Below are positions 28,457-37,785 of a stretch of DNA of 64,000 bases, piece after piece (positions within the stretch are counted from its first letter, which is position 1; the number at the start of each line of letters is the position of its first letter). The notes under the pieces are model-generated. The model was not told the DNA's origin and did no database searches. It saw only the letters and a program-made list of their open reading frames with translations. The DNA is from an uncultured bacterium. GTDB lineage: Bacteria > Actinomycetota > Acidimicrobiia > Spongiisociales > UBA5794. The stretch lies in contig CAWDDT010000003.1 in NCBI GenBank assembly GCA_963801165.1, positions 96,001-160,000 on the forward strand, in the 5' to 3' direction. The translations under genes were made by a program, and so were the position numbers.

Positions 28457-29400
28457 CGCGGCGCAGCCTTGCCACGGTAGGCGAGGGGCAGATCCGGCTG
28501 ACACTTCCGGCCGGGGTGACGTTTGAGCGTGCGGCACAGCTCAACATCACAACCGCGGGCTCGGAGCTCAACGTCGCCACGCTTCTCGCCCGTGTGGGTT
28601 GGGAGACGAGGTGGCATTCGATCCTGCCCCGGTCTCCACTCGGTCGCCGCATCGTGGCCGATGTCGAGGCGGCCGGATGCGAAGCCGTCGTCACCTGGCG
28701 CGAAGAGGGACGGGTCGCTCTGTACTGGCTGGACCCGGGCAATGGGCCGATTTCCGCTTCGGTCACTTACGATCGGGAGCACACCCCGTTTCGTGAGATG
28801 ACCGTCGAAGACCTGGATTGGGGGCGGCTCCTTGGCTCGGACGTGGTCTATCTGAGCGGGATAACCGCCGCCCTTACCCCGGCCACCGGTGCCGTCGTTC
28901 AGGCGGTGGCGCAGAGAGCAAAGGAGTCGGGGAGCTACGTCGTATTCGACGTCAACCATCGCGACAAGCTCTGGTCGGTTGGCGCTGCCGTGGTTTTCCT
29001 GGAGTCGGTCTCCGCCAGCACGGACCTGGTCTTTTGCTCCGTCCGCGATGCCGGCAAGTTGCTCGGCATCACAGGAGACGACGGTCGCGACGTGGCGGCT
29101 CGGCTGCGAGCGACGCTCGGGGTGCCCGAGGTGGTGGTTTCCCACGGGACGCTCCCGGTTGCGTACGCCTCGGCGGCCGCCGCTGCGGTTGCACCGGTCC
29201 TGGCCACTCCCGTGCGGGATCGCCCCGGTGCTGGTGATGCTTTCATCGCCGGCTTTCTCGCTGATCCCTCCGCTGATCCTGAGACGCGGCTAAAGATGGC
29301 GACAAGGGCGGCGGCTCACACGTTGAGCCAGTTCGGTGACCAGACCCATGTCACCCTCGACCAGCTACGCACCCCGCTCGGCGGCGGTATCGACCGCTGA
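28453..29400 (+). CDS. PfkB-family sugar kinase (KdgK-like)
   Basis: AGSELNVA, LSGIT, FDVNHR and DRPGAGDAF motifs. Confidence 0.85.
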   Translation: MTRRSLATVGEGQIRLTLPAGVTFERAAQLNITTAGSELNVATLLARVGWETRWHSILPRSPLGRRIVADVEAAGCEAVVTWREEGRVALYWLDPGNGPISASVTYDREHTPFREMTVEDLDWGRLLGSDVVYLSGITAALTPATGAVVQAVAQRAKESGSYVVFDVNHRDKLWSVGAAVVFLESVSASTDLVFCSVRDAGKLLGITGDDGRDVAARLRATLGVPEVVVSHGTLPVAYASAAAAAVAPVLATPVRDRPGAGDAFIAGFLADPSADPETRLKMATRAAAHTLSQFGDQTHVTLDQLRTPLGGGIDR

Positions 29401-29480
29401 CATGTCGCGCCGGGTCTGTGGCTGCTTTTCCCGGGCGGCGCCGATCGGCCTCTCGATAGTAGAGCAGCGGCGGAGCCGTC

Positions 29481-30581
29481 TCAGGCGCGGGTGGGCTCCT
29501 CTTCCGGGTAGAAGCGACGCCGGGCCCACAACGCCACGTACACGAGACCCACGAGAACGGGGACCTCGATCAGCGGACCGACAACACCGGCGAGTGCTTC
29601 CCCCGATGTGACGCCGAACACACCGATGGCCACCGCGATGGCGAGCTCGAAGTTGTTGCTGGCGGCGGTGAAGGCAACGGTCGTGTTCTTCTCGTACCCG
29701 AGGTTGAGCCACCACCCCAGCGCGAATGACGCGGCCCACATGATGGCGAAGTAGGCGAGGAGCGGGAGGGCGATTCGGGCCACGTCGAACGGCCGGCTCG
29801 TGATGGTCTCGCCCTGGAGGGCGAAAAGGATGACAACGGTGAACAGAAGACCGTAGAGCGCCCAGGGGCCGATGCGGGGGAGGAATTGGCTCTCGTACCA
29901 TTCGACGCCACGGCGACGCTCACCCCAGGTGCGGGTCAGGTAGCCGGCGACGAGCGGGATACCCAGGAAGACCAGCACGATCTTGGCGATTTCCCACATC
30001 GTCACGTCGAGCGTGGTCGTGTCCAACCCGAGCCAGCTCGGCAGCAGCTGCAGATAGAAGTAGCCGAGCACCGAATAGGCGACGATCTGGAAGACGGAGT
30101 TCAGCGCGACCAAAACGGCGGCGGCTTCCCTGTCACCGCAAGCGAGGTCGTTCCAAATGAGAACCATGGCGATGCAGCGGGCGAGACCGATGATGATCAG
30201 CCCGGTCCGGTACTCCGGGAGGTCGGGGAGAAGCAGCCAGGCGAGGGTGAACATGATGGCAGGGCCGATGAGCCAGTTGAGGACGAGCGAAGTGACTATG
30301 AGCTTCCGATCAGCAGCTATCTCGCCGATCTTGGTGTACCGGACCTTGGCTAGAACCGGATACATCATCGCCAGCAAACCGATTGCAATCGGGAGCGACA
30401 CCGTGCCGATCTTCACGGCATCGAGCCAGTCGTTGAGGCCGGGGATGAGGCTGCCGAGGATCAGCCCGGCCACCATCGCCAGCCCGATCCATGCCGGCAG
30501 GAATCGGTCCAACATGCCCAGGCGCTGCAGCACCGGCATTTCAGATCGCGCGGCAGCTTCCACCGAAGGTTGATGACTCAT
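29481..30581 (-). CDS. acr3: ACR3-family arsenite efflux transporter
   Basis: MMYPVLAKV, GLARCIAMV, SNNFELAIAVA and GPLIEVP motifs. Confidence 0.95.
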   Translation of the reverse strand: MSHQPSVEAAARSEMPVLQRLGMLDRFLPAWIGLAMVAGLILGSLIPGLNDWLDAVKIGTVSLPIAIGLLAMMYPVLAKVRYTKIGEIAADRKLIVTSLVLNWLIGPAIMFTLAWLLLPDLPEYRTGLIIIGLARCIAMVLIWNDLACGDREAAAVLVALNSVFQIVAYSVLGYFYLQLLPSWLGLDTTTLDVTMWEIAKIVLVFLGIPLVAGYLTRTWGERRRGVEWYESQFLPRIGPWALYGLLFTVVILFALQGETITSRPFDVARIALPLLAYFAIMWAASFALGWWLNLGYEKNTTVAFTAASNNFELAIAVAIGVFGVTSGEALAGVVGPLIEVPVLVGLVYVALWARRRFYPEEEPTRA

Positions 30582-30883
30582 CCGTCTCTCTCCCTGAGCA
30601 GCGCCGGCAATGCCTCGGTGATGGCTCGGGAGGCGTCGTCGGACAACCGATAGTCGACCCAGCGGCCGCGCCGGGCCGCCTCTACAAAACCCGCCTCACG
30701 CAGCACACGCAGGTGATACGACAGCAGGTTGGGTGCGATGTCGAGGGATCCCTGCAGATCACAAACACAGCGGGCCTCGGTGCCCAGCAAGTCGAGGATG
30801 GCGAGACGAACCGGGTCGCTCAGCGCGGAGAAGGTGTCGGCCCTCGTCCTGTGTGTCATTGCTTCAAGATCCGTTGAACTCAC
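30578..30883 (-). CDS. arsR: ArsR/SmtB repressor (start GTG 30883 or ATG 30859)
   Basis: FSALSDPVRLAIL, RCVCDL and LSYHLRVLREAG motifs; overlaps the acr3 start. Confidence 0.85.
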   Translation of the reverse strand: MSSTDLEAMTHRTRADTFSALSDPVRLAILDLLGTEARCVCDLQGSLDIAPNLLSYHLRVLREAGFVEAARRGRWVDYRLSDDASRAITEALPALLRERDG

Positions 30884-30895
30884 CGGGCCAGTATG
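30863..30895 (-). promoter_or_regulatory. Likely leaderless promoter and ArsR operator
   Basis: Minus strand reads CATACT-6 nt-GTG; inverted repeat TTCAA-N6-TTGAA at 30863-30878. Confidence 0.55.
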
Positions 30896-31057
30896 CGGCC
30901 GGCGGGGGGGCGTCACTAGGGCATAAGGTCCCATCGGCCACGTTCCGTCGACCGCCGGGCAGCGCCGAGACCCTGCAGAGTGGAGTTCTCGACGTGTCCC
31001 ACGCCGCAGGCTGAGGAACCAGGCAATCCGCCTGCCGGGTGGTGCGGTCGACCTCGA

Positions 31058-31079
31058 AACGGAGGATAAGGCTCCGGTT
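31058..31079. promoter_or_regulatory. Candidate TetR operator upstream of the LLM-tetR pair
   Basis: Imperfect inverted repeat AACGGAG-N7-CTCCGGTT. Confidence 0.35.
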
Positions 31080-31186
31080 GTGATACGGTGACGTGTGCAG
31101 GAATACACAGACCACGATCGACGACGGTTCGACTCCATGGTTCACGTTCGTTGCGAACCCCGGGGCGGGTAGCGAAAGGTTGAAGA

Positions 31187-32077
31187 ATGAAGATCTCTAT
31201 CAGTGTCACCAACTACTCCTGGCCGGGTGGCCCCGAGAACCTGGAACACCACCTCGGCGAGGTCGCCACCGCAGCCGACAGTTCCGGGGTAGACACCCTG
31301 TGGGTGGCCGACCACCTCGTCCAGGCCGATCCCAACGCCGGTCTGGATGAGCCGATGCTCGAGGCGTACACGACGCTCGGCTACCTCGCCGCGTGCACAA
31401 GTCGTTTGCGGCTCGGGACGATGGTGACGTGGGCGGGGATCCGCCCCGCAGCATTGCTGATCAAAGCGGTTACGACCCTCGACGTTCTGTCAGGAGGCCG
31501 AGCGTGGTTGGGTCTCGGTGCCGGCTACCGCGGGGACGAAGCGGGGATGATGGCGCTTCCTTTCCCGTCTACCCGGGAGCGTTTCGAGATCCTCGAGGAC
31601 ACCATTGCCCTTGCCAATCAGATGTGGTCCGGTAGCGAGGCCGTGTTCGAGGGAAAGCGGATTCGCGTGGAACGTCCGATTGCACGTCCGGCGGCGCTCA
31701 GCAGACCGCGGCCCCGGATCCTGATCGGCGGGATGGGGGAGAAGAAGACACTGCCGCTGGTTGCCCGTTGTGCCGATGCGTGCAACCTGTTCGACATTCC
31801 CGACGGTGGGGAGACGATCCGCCACAAGCTCGATGTTCTCGACGATCTGTGTCGACAACTGGGGCGCAATCCCTCCGAGATCGAAAGGACCGTGAGCGCA
31901 CGGCTCGGGCCGGCCGAACCGGCTGCGAGCCTTGTCGATCGCTGCCGGGTTCTCGGCGGATACGGCATCGATCATGTCGTGTTGATCGCCGCCGGTCCCT
32001 GGACGACTAGTCAGATCGACACCATCGGCGCAGCCATCGATGTGGTCGGCGACCTCGAACCTGTGGGGGAGCGCTGA
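31187..32077 (+). CDS. LLM-class F420-dependent oxidoreductase
   Basis: LWVADHL, EAYTTLGYLAA, DVLSGGRAWLGLGAG and IGGMGEKKTL motifs. Confidence 0.85.
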   Translation: MKISISVTNYSWPGGPENLEHHLGEVATAADSSGVDTLWVADHLVQADPNAGLDEPMLEAYTTLGYLAACTSRLRLGTMVTWAGIRPAALLIKAVTTLDVLSGGRAWLGLGAGYRGDEAGMMALPFPSTRERFEILEDTIALANQMWSGSEAVFEGKRIRVERPIARPAALSRPRPRILIGGMGEKKTLPLVARCADACNLFDIPDGGETIRHKLDVLDDLCRQLGRNPSEIERTVSARLGPAEPAASLVDRCRVLGGYGIDHVVLIAAGPWTTSQIDTIGAAIDVVGDLEPVGER

Positions 32078-32703
32078 TGCGGGCCGACGCTCGACGCAAC
32101 CGGGAGCTACTGCTCGACGCCGCCATCGAGGTCATTCTCGAGGCGGGCGCCGAGCCTCCGCTGGATGCCATCGCCCGGCGGGCCGGCGTCGGCATCGGCA
32201 CCTTTTACCGGCATTTCCCGGATCGGGACGCTCTCATCGGCGCCGTCGCACGATACGCCCTCGACCTGAGCGTCCAGGCCGCCGAGACAGCCCTGGCTGA
32301 GACGTCCGACGGGTTCGCCGCGCTGCGAAAATACATGCATACCGCCCTCGATCGGGGCGTTGGGGTGCTCAACCTCATCTACCCGCTCATCAACGACCCC
32401 GACTGGACGGGACGCCGCGCCGAATCGGCGATGTTGCTCGACGCCATGCTCGAGAGAGGTAAGCAAGACGGCCTCGTCCGGGATGACGCGAGGGTTCCCG
32501 ACATCGGATTCGCCATCATCCGCCACTCACGCCCCGTTGCCGCCGGTCTTGCGGTTTCCGACGAGAGAGCCATCGCCCACCGACATCTCGACATCTACAT
32601 CGACGGCCTCCACACCGGCAAACACACCAACACGTTGTCGGCGCCCGCGGCGTTGGATCAGTTCGACCCGACCCGGCCGGTCGAGATCGGAGGTGATGGC
32701 TGA
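32077..32703 (+). CDS. TetR-family regulator
   Basis: MRADARRNR...IARRAGVGIGTFYRHFP. Confidence 0.9.
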   Translation: MRADARRNRELLLDAAIEVILEAGAEPPLDAIARRAGVGIGTFYRHFPDRDALIGAVARYALDLSVQAAETALAETSDGFAALRKYMHTALDRGVGVLNLIYPLINDPDWTGRRAESAMLLDAMLERGKQDGLVRDDARVPDIGFAIIRHSRPVAAGLAVSDERAIAHRHLDIYIDGLHTGKHTNTLSAPAALDQFDPTRPVEIGGDG

Positions 32704-32774
32704 TGAGGTTGTGACACCGGTGAGGCGAAGCCCGTGTCGCCCGGATGATGCGGGCTGTCGGCCGATTCGGTGAA

Positions 32775-33743
32775 TCAGACCCGGACGAGGAGCTTTCCCC
32801 TGGCGCGGCCCGACGCCAGATAGCCGATGGCTTCGGGGACGGACTCGAGTGTGTACACCCGGTCGATGATCGGCCGGACCTCTCCCGTGATCATCATCGT
32901 GCCGAGCGTTGCCAGATCCTCCGCCTTGCTCGGTGCCCAGCCAAACACACCCATGCGCTTGGTCCCCAGTGCTGAGACGAGGGCGCCGCCGACCGCCGCC
33001 TGCACGAAACCCGCCATGGTTGCCGCGATCAACACGTACGCACCGTGCCGGCGAAGAATGCGCCGGAAGCGAAACACAGACCGGGTGGCGGCCATGTCGA
33101 CTATGAGGTCGTAGCGTTCGCCGCTTCGGGTGATATCGGTTCTTGTGTAGTCGACAACGTGGTCGGCGCCTGCCCTGGTCATCAGCTCCAGCTTGTCCGT
33201 GTGGTCGACGCCGGTCACCTCGGCGCCGAACGCCTTCGCCAGTTGGATCGCAAAGGGTCCGACACAGCCACCGGCCCCGTTCACCAGCACCCGGCTGCCG
33301 GGCTCGATCCGGCCCTTGCCGTCGAGTGCCTGGAGGGCAAGGACGGCCGAGTGCGGAGCGGTGGCGGCCGTTTCGAAGTCGAGTTCGTCGGGGAACCGGG
33401 AGAACACCCACGCCGGCGCGGACACATACTCGGCAAACGCACCAAACCGGCCGTACACGTCTCCCCAGACGCGGTCGCCGGGCTGCAACGTGGTCACACC
33501 CGGACCAACCTCAACCACTTCTCCTGCGACGTCCAGGCCGAGTGTCGGCGATTTCGGTTTGGTCAGGCCAGTCATGAGCCGGCTCACGGCCGGCTTCCCC
33601 CGCAGGTTGTCGAGGTCGGCGGTATTGATCGACGTTGCCCGCACCCTCACCAGCACCTCGCCGTCGCCCGGGACGGGATCGGGAACATCGGTGAACCGGA
33701 GCACATCCGCCGAGCCGTACCGGCTGCGCACAATCGCCTTCAT
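32775..33743 (-). CDS. MDR-family NAD(P)-dependent oxidoreductase (zinc-independent, quinone-reductase-like)
   Basis: MKAIV..YG, GLDVAGEV, NGAGGCVG and GRARGKL motifs; no zinc-binding Cys cluster. Confidence 0.85.
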   Translation of the reverse strand: MKAIVRSRYGSADVLRFTDVPDPVPGDGEVLVRVRATSINTADLDNLRGKPAVSRLMTGLTKPKSPTLGLDVAGEVVEVGPGVTTLQPGDRVWGDVYGRFGAFAEYVSAPAWVFSRFPDELDFETAATAPHSAVLALQALDGKGRIEPGSRVLVNGAGGCVGPFAIQLAKAFGAEVTGVDHTDKLELMTRAGADHVVDYTRTDITRSGERYDLIVDMAATRSVFRFRRILRRHGAYVLIAATMAGFVQAAVGGALVSALGTKRMGVFGWAPSKAEDLATLGTMMITGEVRPIIDRVYTLESVPEAIGYLASGRARGKLLVRV

Positions 33744-33804
33744 TGTTTCCTCCGCCGCTGGATCTCGGGGCTCAGCTTAACCATACAGCGTAAGGTTGGT
33801 CGAG

Positions 33805-35598
33805 TTAGGGGTCACCGCGCCATTCCCGTTTGGGTGCGGGTGAGACGTCGTCGCCCCTGATGTCGGCCAGCGCATGCGCGATCGTCTCGAGCCGGCCCAG
33901 GGTCTCCTCCAGCTGTGCGGTGAGACGGGCGATGTCCGCTTCCGGTTGGGTGCGACGGGATCGGGCCCTATCGACCCCACGGTGAAGGCTGCCCAGCGTG
34001 TCATCAAGCCTGGCGGCAAGCTCTCCCGTCAGTTCGATCCGGCCCCGTTCGAGCCGTTGGTAGAAGTCCCAGCGGAGCCGGCCACAGTGTTTGTCGACCA
34101 GGAGCGGGATGTCCTCTTCGAGCTTGCTACGCAGCATCCTCCTCGCCAGGCGCGTTGGGGCATTCCGGCGGATTGCGGCGACCGTCATCTCGAGTGAATC
34201 GGGCGGATCGAAGAAGGCAAACGTGAACCCAGACTCCGTCGTGAAGGTTTCCCCGAGTGGAGGAGGGGATAGCTCGACGTCGAGGAGCTCGGCGCAGAGT
34301 TGGGTCGTCCGTTCCACCAGGGCGTCGGTCTCTTTCGAGAACCGTCGCGTCGCGTCCCGAAAGAGATCACCGATCCTGGCCCCTTCAGCCTCACGCCAAT
34401 GGTTGATGGATTGCCGTAGTGATTCCTTGACCGCGTTGTCGAACTCGTCGGCAGCGGCGCGGGGACTCGGGTGAACTTCAAGCCGTTGGCGAGCTTCAGC
34501 GAGCAGACGCTCGGTTTCGGAGGGGCGGAGTGTTGCCAGATCGGCCTCGACGGTCGCGACCAATTGCCGTGTCTCCATTTCGAGGAGCGCCTCCAGGTCG
34601 CGGCGCGACTCGCCCGCCCGCTCCGCGACCTCTTCGAGGCCGGCAACGAGCGTCGCCAGCTCGTCCACAGGTCGCCGCAGCGTCTCCTGCTCGACACGAA
34701 CTGCGTTGATCTCGTCGGCCGCAAGACGTGCCGCGGCGATGGCGACCGATTGGCTCAGGACGGCCGTCTTCTCATCAACCAGGAATGCGCCGAAGTCGTG
34801 CTCGAAACGAAAGAAACCGGATGCGTCCGGGTCGGCATCGTCGGCCCGCCGCTTGGCGCGAAGGGCGGCGAGGGCACTAACGGGGTAGACGACGATTTCC
34901 TGCCCGACGGCGTCGCCAAGCGCCCTCGTCGCAAAAGCGACGACCTCCGCGGCGTCTGCCGGTTGCAGGATGTCGATCTTGTTGAGCACGAAGAACATCC
35001 GGGCGGCGCTATCACTCACCTCCTCGAGAAACAGACGTTCGGTATGCGACACCGGCTGATCGGCGGCGGTCACGAAAACGGCTGCGTCGACCTCGGAGAG
35101 GAACCGTTTGGTCGTTTCCGTGTTGTGGTGGTGGATGCTGCCGACGCCCGGCGTGTCGACCAGCCGTACCCCCGCCGCTAGTGGTGCTGCGGGATGCTCC
35201 ACCAGGACGTGGGCGACGTTGAGTCGGTTCTCCGGGTTCTCACGCTCGGTGACGAATGCCGGTAGCTGGTCGATCCCGACAACCCGGGAAGTCCCATCCT
35301 CGAACGTGACTTCGGCTCGAGGTTGATGGCCGTAGGTGGCCGTGCTGACCACCGCCGTCACCGGGACCGCCCCCACCGGAAAGACCTCTGCGCCGAGCAA
35401 CGCATTCACGAATGTCGACTTGCCGCGCTTGAACTCACCGACCACCGCCACGACGAAACGCTGCTCCGCGAGCTTGGCGGTGAGCGCGGCAGCACCCCGA
35501 GCCAGGCCCGGCGAGTCACGATCCGTTCCGAGCGTGGCCAGCTCGCTGAGGATGTCGTCGAGCTCACTGTGAACGGGGGCGATACCCATACCGCTCAT
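33805..35598 (-). CDS. Bacterial dynamin-like GTPase
   Basis: G1 GEFKRGKS, G2 PVT, G3 DTPG, G4 NKID, then VSA and a long helical C-terminus; 597 aa. Confidence 0.85.
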   Translation of the reverse strand: MSGMGIAPVHSELDDILSELATLGTDRDSPGLARGAAALTAKLAEQRFVVAVVGEFKRGKSTFVNALLGAEVFPVGAVPVTAVVSTATYGHQPRAEVTFEDGTSRVVGIDQLPAFVTERENPENRLNVAHVLVEHPAAPLAAGVRLVDTPGVGSIHHHNTETTKRFLSEVDAAVFVTAADQPVSHTERLFLEEVSDSAARMFFVLNKIDILQPADAAEVVAFATRALGDAVGQEIVVYPVSALAALRAKRRADDADPDASGFFRFEHDFGAFLVDEKTAVLSQSVAIAAARLAADEINAVRVEQETLRRPVDELATLVAGLEEVAERAGESRRDLEALLEMETRQLVATVEADLATLRPSETERLLAEARQRLEVHPSPRAAADEFDNAVKESLRQSINHWREAEGARIGDLFRDATRRFSKETDALVERTTQLCAELLDVELSPPPLGETFTTESGFTFAFFDPPDSLEMTVAAIRRNAPTRLARRMLRSKLEEDIPLLVDKHCGRLRWDFYQRLERGRIELTGELAARLDDTLGSLHRGVDRARSRRTQPEADIARLTAQLEETLGRLETIAHALADIRGDDVSPAPKREWRGDP

Positions 35599-35714
35599 CG
35601 GCTACCCGCTGTCGGGCGCGGTGGGCTGCTGAGGATTATCCGGTCGCCCGGATGATGAAGTGTCACGTCGATGACGACTATGAACCTTGCTTCGAGGAAC
35701 CTGCCGTGACTCAT
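35595..35714 (-). CDS. 39-aa upstream ORF coupled to the dynamin-like gene
   Basis: GGGAG SD, then ATG at 35714: MSHGRFLEARFIVVIDVTLHHPGDRIILSSPPRPTAGSR*. Its TGA overlaps the dynamin ATG (ATGA). Confidence 0.45.
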   Translation of the reverse strand: MSHGRFLEARFIVVIDVTLHHPGDRIILSSPPRPTAGSR

Positions 35715-35737
35715 CTGCTCCCACCGGTCGACTGTCG

Positions 35738-35807
35738 GTAGAAGCCATCAGCTGCGAGCCGCTTCGATAGAGCGGCGGCCGCAGCGGTTCCGGCGGGCCT
35801 CATCGCC
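35738..35807 (-). ncRNA. Fluoride riboswitch (crcB motif) upstream of the dynamin-like gene
   Basis: Minus strand GGCGATGAGGCCCGCC-GG-AACCGC-TGCG...CGCA-GCTGATGGCTTCTAC fits the aptamer consensus, including pseudoknot pairing GAGGCC/GGCTTC. Confidence 0.9.
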
Positions 35808-35987
35808 TCGGCCCACAACGATAGTCGGCCCGGTCGCCGGTACATGCTACGAACGTCGTCACCGCCCGGGGCGTCCTGTGGCCTCCCGGTCATGCACATT
35901 CGGACACTCGATGATTCAGCGGTGAATGTTCGCGGCGGCCGGCACTCGTGCGGGCAACTAGTCCAACCGCTGTGCCACGGTTGCGGC

Positions 35988-36761
35988 TCAGCTCGACAGA
36001 GCAATCTGAATCTCACGAGGGCTCTCCTCGTGGTTCGATCCGGTGAGTCGGACCTGCCAGCTGCCCGCGAGCATCTCCGCCAGATCCTCGGCCGTGGCCG
36101 GGTCGGCGGCCGACTCGAGCAAGTGACGGACGACCTCGCCCCGCACCCGTTTTGCCGTGTGGCCGTCCGCGCCCCTCCGACCGTCGGGGCGGAGCACCCG
36201 GATCGACACCAGCCTGCGGCCGATGCCCTGTGGCATCCCCATCGCCAGATAGCTGGAGGACCGGCAGTCGACCACGAGACCGTCTGCTCCCGCCGCCGCC
36301 GTCAGGACGGGTCCGAGCACAGGCCGCCACAGCGGTTCGAGGGCCTCGAGATCAAGCAAGTTGGCGCAGATGTTGAGCCGGTACGGCGGGATACGATCAC
36401 GGGGTCGGAGCGCGCCCCACAGCGAGGACACAATGACGAGTCGAGACCCGGCTCGCCTCCGCGCGGTCGTCGACAGCGATCCCGGGTCGAGGGCGGCGAA
36501 CAAGGCCCCGGTGTAAGTCTCGAGCGCCGGTCTCGTGGGGATAGTCGCAAGGCTGATGTTTCGTTCCACCTCGGCGGCCAGCGTCTTTCCGACGAGCAAC
36601 CGGGACGGAGCGTCGGATCTGGCGCTGGTCGCGACAAGAGCGGCCAGCACACGCTCCCGCGTCGGATTGAGCTCGGGGAATGAGAGAGCGCCTATATCGA
36701 GCGGGCGGCCGCGCCGCGGCGCCGGGTTCTTCGATTCCGAAGGTGGCAGCAGAACGATCAC
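35988..36761 (-). CDS. yaaA: YaaA/DUF328 peroxide-stress protein
   Basis: LLPPSESK, YTGALF, SSLWG, IPPYRL, DCRSSSY and AKRVRG motifs. Confidence 0.8.
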   Translation of the reverse strand: MIVLLPPSESKNPAPRRGRPLDIGALSFPELNPTRERVLAALVATSARSDAPSRLLVGKTLAAEVERNISLATIPTRPALETYTGALFAALDPGSLSTTARRRAGSRLVIVSSLWGALRPRDRIPPYRLNICANLLDLEALEPLWRPVLGPVLTAAAGADGLVVDCRSSSYLAMGMPQGIGRRLVSIRVLRPDGRRGADGHTAKRVRGEVVRHLLESAADPATAEDLAEMLAGSWQVRLTGSNHEESPREIQIALSS

Positions 36762-36827
36762 CTGGTCAGTGTAAGGATCGGCGTCGCCGACGATGGGCCG
36801 CTCTGGGTCTCGAGCACCCCCGGCGAT

Positions 36828-37196
36828 TCAGTCACGCCCTCGCCAGGTGGCGATGTCGACCTCGTTGCCTTCAGGGTCGGCGAGCGCCCACCATGCCGGC
36901 GCGTGCGAGTTGTCGACCATGCGCCCGCCCGCGGTGAGGGCAGTGGCCACCCGGGCCTCGGCTTGATCGTGCGGCACGAAGATGTCGATGTGGATGCGGT
37001 TGCGTTGCCCGCGCGGTTTGTCCATCTGCTGGAACCAGAGGGCGGGTCCTCGTGACCGGGGGTCGAGCAGATCCACGTCGTCGATGCGTTCCCTGTAGCC
37101 GAGAACGACGCCCGGGTCGGCGGCGAGGCCGAGGCGATGCGCTGCCGTCGAGATGCGGCGCGCCATCTTCATTTCGCTGCGCCGCAGACCGTTCAC
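36828..37196 (-). pseudogene. Truncated pterin-dehydratase/glyoxalase (VOC) fusion remnant
   Basis: ARRISTAA..LGLAADP joins directly to VLGY...LWFQQMD..RNRIHID...ADPEGNE. The first VOC strand/helix and the N-terminal domain appear absent. Confidence 0.55.
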
Positions 37197-37360
37197 CTCG
37201 TCTGCGACCGCTTCGCCCGGCTCGACGAGCCACGCAACCGTGACAGAGGCGGAGCCGGGCTAGGGCTGGCGATCGTTCACAAGGTCGTGACCGCCCACGG
37301 CGGCACGGTGAGCTGCACGGACTCTCCCACAGGGGGAGCGAGGATGCCCCTCGAGTTCGT
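37195..37360 (+). pseudogene. Histidine kinase HATPase_c C-terminal fragment
   Basis: DRFARLDEPRNRDRGGAGLGLAIVHKVVTAHGGTV (F and G2 boxes) with no H, N or G1 box. Confidence 0.7.
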
Positions 37361-37404
37361 GCCTCCTGTGGCCGTGGGCGGTGCAGACGGTGTCCGATCC
37401 GGCG

Positions 37405-37785
37405 TCAGGAGCCCTGGCCGCCTCGATTCAGCGAAAACTCCAGCACCTGGATAAGACGGATGTTGTTGCCGGACGGGTCACGAAACGAGGTGTCGATCCC
37501 GTAAGCCTGCTCGGTCGGCGGAGACCCGAGGCTGGTGAGCCCGACCGCAAAACAGATATCGGTCACCGCCCAGTCGGTGTTGCGCAGCAACGCGGCGGCC
37601 CGCTCGAGACGGCGGGTGAGCAGGTACTGATGGGGTGCTTCACCAAAGGCATCGCGGAACTGCCGGCTGAAGTGGGCGCGCGACATTCCTGCGGCTCTGG
37701 CCAGATCGGAGACCGTCAGAGGCTCGAAGTCGCGTGCGTCCGCGAGGTCCTTCGCAGCCAGGAGGTACCGGGTCGCCGTAACCAT
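37405..37785 (-). pseudogene. Deletion fusion of an AraC N-part and a VOC C-terminus
   Basis: AraC sequence LARAAGMSRAHFSRQF...ICFAVGLTSLGS stops inside the second HTH and runs into PTEQAYGIDTSFRDPSGNNIRL. Confidence 0.7.

Noticed and set aside
31120-31140. GGTTCGACTCC resembling a tRNA T-loop
   Set aside because: The flanks do not form a T-stem or acceptor stem, and there is no cloverleaf.
33805-35598. Dynamin-like gene as part of an anti-phage defence island
   Set aside because: No partner dynamin, nuclease or other defence gene is nearby, and the upstream fluoride aptamer explains the context better. A defence role is not excluded.
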